The position numbers and the translations under genes are program-made. From the human T2T-CHM13v2.0 reference genome, Homo sapiens: 64,000 nt of DNA. The notes below the pieces were generated by a model that saw only the letters and a program-made list of their open reading frames with translations, did not search any database and had not been told where the DNA came from. Below, piece after piece: positions 58,611 through 64,000 of this stretch. The stretch lies in NCBI RefSeq assembly GCF_009914755.1, contig NC_060934.1. The stretch is one strand, 5' to 3'. Every line of letters begins with the position of its first letter. Positions within the stretch are counted from its first letter, which is position 1.

Positions 58611-59684
58611 CATGTATTATTTAGGGCAGGTCTGAGTGCACAATTGAGAGTCTGTTCAGGTGAAACAAATGAACTATCATGTCGCCCTGCCTAAAATGTG
58701 AATTACTAACACCCAGTAAAATGGGTGACCTTGCAAATACTGATGCAATTAGGAAAATGTGCTTCTCCTTCCTGTAGGATTAAATGAACTCTGAGAATAA
58801 AAATTTTGTCCTTTGGAAATTGAAATGTGTGTGTGTGTGTTCCCAGGTACACTCCAACAGCTATCCACTGACCATAATACAATTAAACAGATGACTTCAA
58901 GAGGAGCAAACTGGAATAGCCTTTTCACAATCAGAGTGTTCTGTGGGATATGAGGTGCCAAGCAACACCTTGGGTGTCCTGCTGGAGGTCTAGGGTACTA
59001 TGTCAAGCAGACAACTTAGTCTTGGGGAAGTATTCTATGAGGATAGTGAGCCTGAAGTAAGACCAGCATCTGTGAGCTTGTGTTTGTATTCCCTAAGGGT
59101 GGTAACTCTCAGAGAAGAGGTTAGAGGAAGGAGGGCTTTCTAGAAAGTTCAAACCTGAGTTCAGAAAAGAAGCTCAAGAGCAATGGATGCTCCTGAAGAG
59201 AATATCCTGACTGAAGAATCCCTAATTTCATGGTTTTTTTTATATTAGACTTTGGGAATATTTAGAGATTTTTCTTTAATTTTCTGTCATGGACACTCTA
59301 AATCCCTTCAGATGACCAAACCCATTAGGAAACTCTGATATACTTCAACGGCGTTGTGCGATATTGCTATGGTGACTGAAGAAATGGAATAGAAAAGGGG
59401 AGGATGTCTTCGGGGAGGAGATACATTATTTTTGAAGGGATTGTGTCTTGGAATTTCAGGTAATACCAAAAACAGATTAAGGAGATGGCAGAGCTGAGAG
59501 AAGTCAGAGTGGTGTATCATGTGGTAGAGCAAGTAGTGGTGGACAATACAACTTGCGAGAGAGATATTTCAATGCCTTTTCACTCCTTTCCAATCTAGAG
59601 GTTGTTGATACTCAAAAGGGAGGTGGGAAGAGAGCAAGGTGAATTACGCATAGATGGAGAAAACTAATGAAGTAAAAAAAAAAA

Positions 59685-59910
59685 CCCTAATATTTCTTAA
59701 TGCTAATAACTTTACATACATCATTATATTTAATCCTATACTCTGTGACATCATATCTCGATTTATTATGTGGTTGCATCTGGAAGACATGAAAAATGAA
59801 ACAGGTAAATTGAATGGCTTGTCTCAAGTTCCACAATTAGAAAAAAATCTGAGCAAGGAGAGAAAAACCCAGGTCCATTTGATTCAAGTCCATATTCTTT
59901 TTTTAACATG
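59685..59910 (-). mobile_element. MIR
   Basis: tttacatacatcattatatttaatcct...aaattgaatggcttgtctcaagttccaca. Confidence 0.6.
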
Positions 59911-60249
59911 TGTGATTATGATTTAGATTACTAAGAGATTTATAAATTATATTTGTAATTATAATTATATTTTATTTTTTGAGAGTTATACAGTTATAAA
60001 TCTTATATTTGTAATTATATTTTATATTTTTAAGAGTGTCTTACACAGCTATAAATCTTGCATAAGTAATAATGGGACTTGTTAGTCAGATCTTTTACAG
60101 AAATAGGTTAATATTTATACAACTTAAAAAATAAATCAAAATTAATTTGATTTTCAAATTATTTACTCCCTCTACTGGTGACTTTTTGAAGTGATATAAG
60201 TGCAATAGATACGTAGAATGTGACCTCCCATAAGTATCTTTCTGCGCAC

Positions 60250-60251
60250 GT

Positions 60252-60322
<71 letters not shown>

Positions 60323-60349
60323 GGAGAGAGAGAGAGAGAGAGACAGAGA
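60250..60349 (+). repeat. Compound (TG)n(AG)n microsatellite
   Basis: Directly visible. Confidence 0.98.
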
Positions 60350-61309
60350 AATACATATGACTTATAAATATTTCTGGTGAAATGAATTAGGATGTAAAAA
60401 TTCATCTTCCAGTGGGTAACTTGATGCCCCAGAAACTTTTACAAAAGGTAAAAGTTTTCCTGTGGCTTACTATGTTCACAATATAAGAATAATGTGTTTC
60501 TTTGATCTGTGCTGAATATTCTTTAGCAAAATCATAAAGGCCTTTTGTGAATGTAATTCTGTTTCATGCTAATACAAACACATAGATACAAGTTTTATAA
60601 TCTTCTCTTTCATATTTCAACCTATGAACTGGGAATATTAGTGTAAGTTGGCAAGATACTCTTTCCATTTCCAATTTTGTAAGCATTTTAAATACAAATT
60701 GTAGAGAGATCTTATTAACACTTGTAGACTTTGCTTTCAGCCATGACAGACAGACAAGGACGTAGAGAAGAGGGCTAAAGCAATAAATTCTTTTTTTTTT
60801 TTTGCCTTTTGCAAACATTAATAATGTAAAGTTATGTAGAGCATTTCAGTTTAGCACCCATGTGCTGAATGACAGAATGGTAGTAATCTGTGTAGAAACT
60901 GTGACTTTGACTTTCACCAGATTTTTCATTTTTCCTTAGAAAAGTTTCAATTCTATAGTGAATTCAATTGTGATGCCTTTTGGCTATTTTAGATTTTGGA
61001 AACAAGCAGAGATTAGAATTCTTCCCAGTGAATCATAGTAAATGTTATAACCAAATAACAAAGTAGGAAATACAAATAGTTGCTATGGATAATTCAGGAA
61101 GTAGTTTTGCAAGATTATTAAAAGCTTAGATTTGAGTCAGGTAAACATGATTTGAATCCTGGATGGCCATCCATTAACTATTTATTTTACTTTTGGCAAG
61201 TTAATTAATTATATAGGTTTTAAGATGTTGAAATAATCTGATATATCTAAGTCCAGACTAGTAATTGGTGGACAGTAGTGCCCAATTACTATTCTCAATT
61301 ATTACTAAA

Positions 61310-62090
61310 GAGAAATATAAATTTCATTAGTAAAGTAAATAAAGTTGAATAAAAATAACCATGATGTATATGATTTCACAAATTACAAAGTTTTGATTTT
61401 TAAAAAATGATGCTGGCAAGGGTGTAATAGATAGGTATCCCTACATATGAGGTATATGGTTCTTCTAAAAAGCAACATAAGAAAGAAAAATATCTTTTTC
61501 TTTGGTCTAACTACTATACTTGTAGTAATCTTTAAAAGATTAAAACCCGAGGCAGCCAAATATTTATAAAAGAGGATATTTGCAAAATGATTTACATTAC
61601 AGAAATGTTGGCCAGGTGCGGTGGCTCACACCTATAATCCCAGCACTTTGGGAGGCCGAGGTGGGTAGATCACGAGGTCAGGAGATCGAGACCATCCTGG
61701 CTAACATGGTGAAACCCCCATCTCTACTGAAAATGCAAAAAATTAGCTGGGTGTGGTGGCGGGCACCTGTAGTCCCAGCTACTCAGGAGGCTGAGGCAGG
61801 AGAATGGTGTGAACCCAGAAGGCAGAGCTTTCAGTGAGCCGAGAGCCCGCCACTGCACTCCAGCCTGGGTGACAGAGTGAGATTTCGTCTCAACAACAAC
61901 AACAACAACAAAAAAAGAAATGTTGGACACAGCCTAAATATCTAATAAGAGAAGCATGTTAAATAAAATGTTGGTATAACAGTAAAATGAGATAGTACAC
62001 CGACATTACAATGATATTTGTGAAGATACTTTTAATGTGGTAGTTATAAGTGCATAGATACTTTTAAGGTGGTAGTTATAAGTGCATTAA
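61310..62090 (+). mobile_element. Ancient L1ME 3' fragment (host of AluY), ending in a 32-bp tandem duplication
   Basis: tgatgctggcaagggtg, cctaaatatctaataag, gttaaataaaatgttgg. Confidence 0.55.
61610..61915 (+). mobile_element. AluY with a (CAA)n tail
   Basis: ccatcctggctaac, gagaatggtgtgaaccc and gagctt. TSD agaaatgtt(gg) at 61601 and 61916. Confidence 0.93.
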
Positions 62091-62099
62091 ATAGTACTT

Positions 62100-62586
62100 G
62101 GTCTGTGTGGACCAGATGGGTTGGAACATGTATCCCAAGTCTAAGCCTATCAGAAAAAAATGTTCCCTTGTCTTAATGATTGTTTTAGGGGCGTGCACCA
62201 GATCTAAACATCTCTCATTAGAGTGTACCATTGATATTTTTCTAGAAATATTGGAAAAAATATTTTCTTTTATAAGAGCTTTGGAAAACAATATCTCTCT
62301 TTGAATACAGTGGTAAGAGGGTGTAAAGTCTGGAACTGATTCTAGTGGTTTGAGTTCCATACCATAAGGGAAGCTAATATGAGGAAAAGCCAAGTAAAGA
62401 AAGTAAATCTGAGAGAAGTGAAAGTAAATAAAACCAGAGCCCAGACGAACTTTTGGTGTGTGCTTGAATCTACTTCTCCTGCTGGATTTTTCAGTTCTAT
62501 GGCCAATAATATCCTGGATTTTTTTCAGCCAGTTTGAATTGGGTTTACTGACCCTTGAAATATAATAAATTCTAAATGATATACAC
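62100..62586 (+). mobile_element. Ancient MaLR LTR (MLT1K/L-like)
   Basis: 3' end ctggatttttcagttctatggccaataa...cagccagtttgaattgggtttactgac...tgatataca. Confidence 0.6.
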
Positions 62587-64000
62587 ATGCTATAATACTA
62601 AGTCAGGAAGAAATGTGACTTGAAATGATAATATGCAATGTGTTCTCAATTGTGGAAAATACTTATTCACAGAAAACTCTAAAAATGTATAAAAATATTC
62701 CTACTTAATGACCATTATTTATTTTTTATTTTTTTACCCATTTTTCAAGTTTCACATTGGGTACCCATTACTTTCATTATCTAAAATATAATATTTATTT
62801 TTTCGATCCATATCTTAGGAGGCAAACTGGGCAAGTCATTTGGAATAATACATGAAGATTTGTTTTCAGCTACCAAGGCAATAAAATGCTCCTCTTGAAA
62901 TAGCAAAAAAAAAAAAAAAAAACCTTTTGTAATTCATAAAAATCTTGGGGAATATTTATCTCAGTGAGTTAATCTAGCCTGTCTTCCATGCAAACCAGGA
63001 ATAGGGAAGTTGTTCAGTTGCAGAATGAAATTGATAAATTATCTGTGGTATAATAAGGTACTCTTCAATTTCTACATCTTTATGGAGGATTACATGCAGC
63101 TAAGACAGAAACTTGTTCCCTGCCCCTGGAAAAGATGGGCATTGTCTCTTTCCTGGGGTTACTCAGCTTTAAAAAGTTAATTTTAATTGAAATTTTCACA
63201 TGGTTTTAATAACAGGAAAATAGCCACTATTATAAATTAATAATAGTGATAATGTCACTATCATCAACTGTTTTTAGATTCAGTAATGGTTCCTTTGTAC
63301 AGTAAAATGCAATAGGCTGATTTCTGATTAATGCATGGTTATCAAACTCAAATATTATTTTAAAAGTGAGCAACAGTAACAATTCTTCAAAATAAAATTG
63401 TAATAAAGAGTGTTGCCACAATGTCAAAATCCCACTGCCATAAACACCCACTATTTATCCAAGTGTTTCTGTGGCTTTGGCTGTTACATTAATTTCAGTA
63501 TTGGTAGGCACTATAGAATTGTTCTCTCATCAAAGCAATGAGTGGAAAAGTACAATTATATATTCTCCAAGTCCTTATTTTTAGCGGATGCCACTTTTCT
63601 ATTAGATTTGGGAGTGATATACCAAAGTGATAGTATTTGAAATATTTTTCTTACTTCTATGGCAGTATAATATATACATAGATAACCAGAAAATCTGCCT
63701 CATCACAAATATAATGTTTTATATGATGATTTGCAGAACAAAACTCCACTTTTCTTGAAGTTATATGCCCTATGTTTGAAGGGTTCCATCAGACAGAACA
63801 CTTTATTTGATTAGACCTTGAATGATTTACACATTTACACAGGATTAGTGAGACAGACATGCTCCTTTGAAATTGTGCACTCAGACATAGCTGGGCTCAT
63901 CAGCCTGTGCATTCCAACTGGCCAAGTCCTGCGAGTCCTCACGCTAAGCCCATTCCTGGTTCTGAATCAAAGGTTAATATTTGGAGTAGCTTATCAATAT

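Noticed and set aside
62076-62588. 170-aa ORF on the minus strand
   Set aside because: Antisense to an old MLT1-like LTR, with no recognisable domain; most likely a chance ORF.

Overview
AT-rich, CpG-poor primate (human-like) genomic DNA, roughly half made of interspersed repeats: L1s of several ages, six Alu dimers and one Alu monomer, MIR/L2, MaLR and ERV LTRs, and MER2, MER63 and Tigger1 DNA transposons. I recognise no known protein-coding gene, RNA gene or CpG island. Most ORF-track entries are L1, Alu, THE1 or Tigger1 remnants, or chance ORFs. The largest structure is a 12.75-kb nested transposon cluster (44783-57535). A Tigger1 there is split by a full-length THE1 provirus and a near full-length L1MA, and the L1 carries a solo ERV1 LTR; all three insertions keep their target-site duplications (TSDs). 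The best non-repeat signal is three + strand exon-like segments (40015-40097, 40559-40603, 43941-44154) that splice into one open frame encoding a basic ~113-aa peptide. The middle segment has a degenerate duplicate 1.4 kb downstream. This gene model is a hypothesis: I found no evidence of a wholly new biological system. Repeat subfamily names come from my recollection of consensus sequences, and the boundaries of old repeats are approximate.
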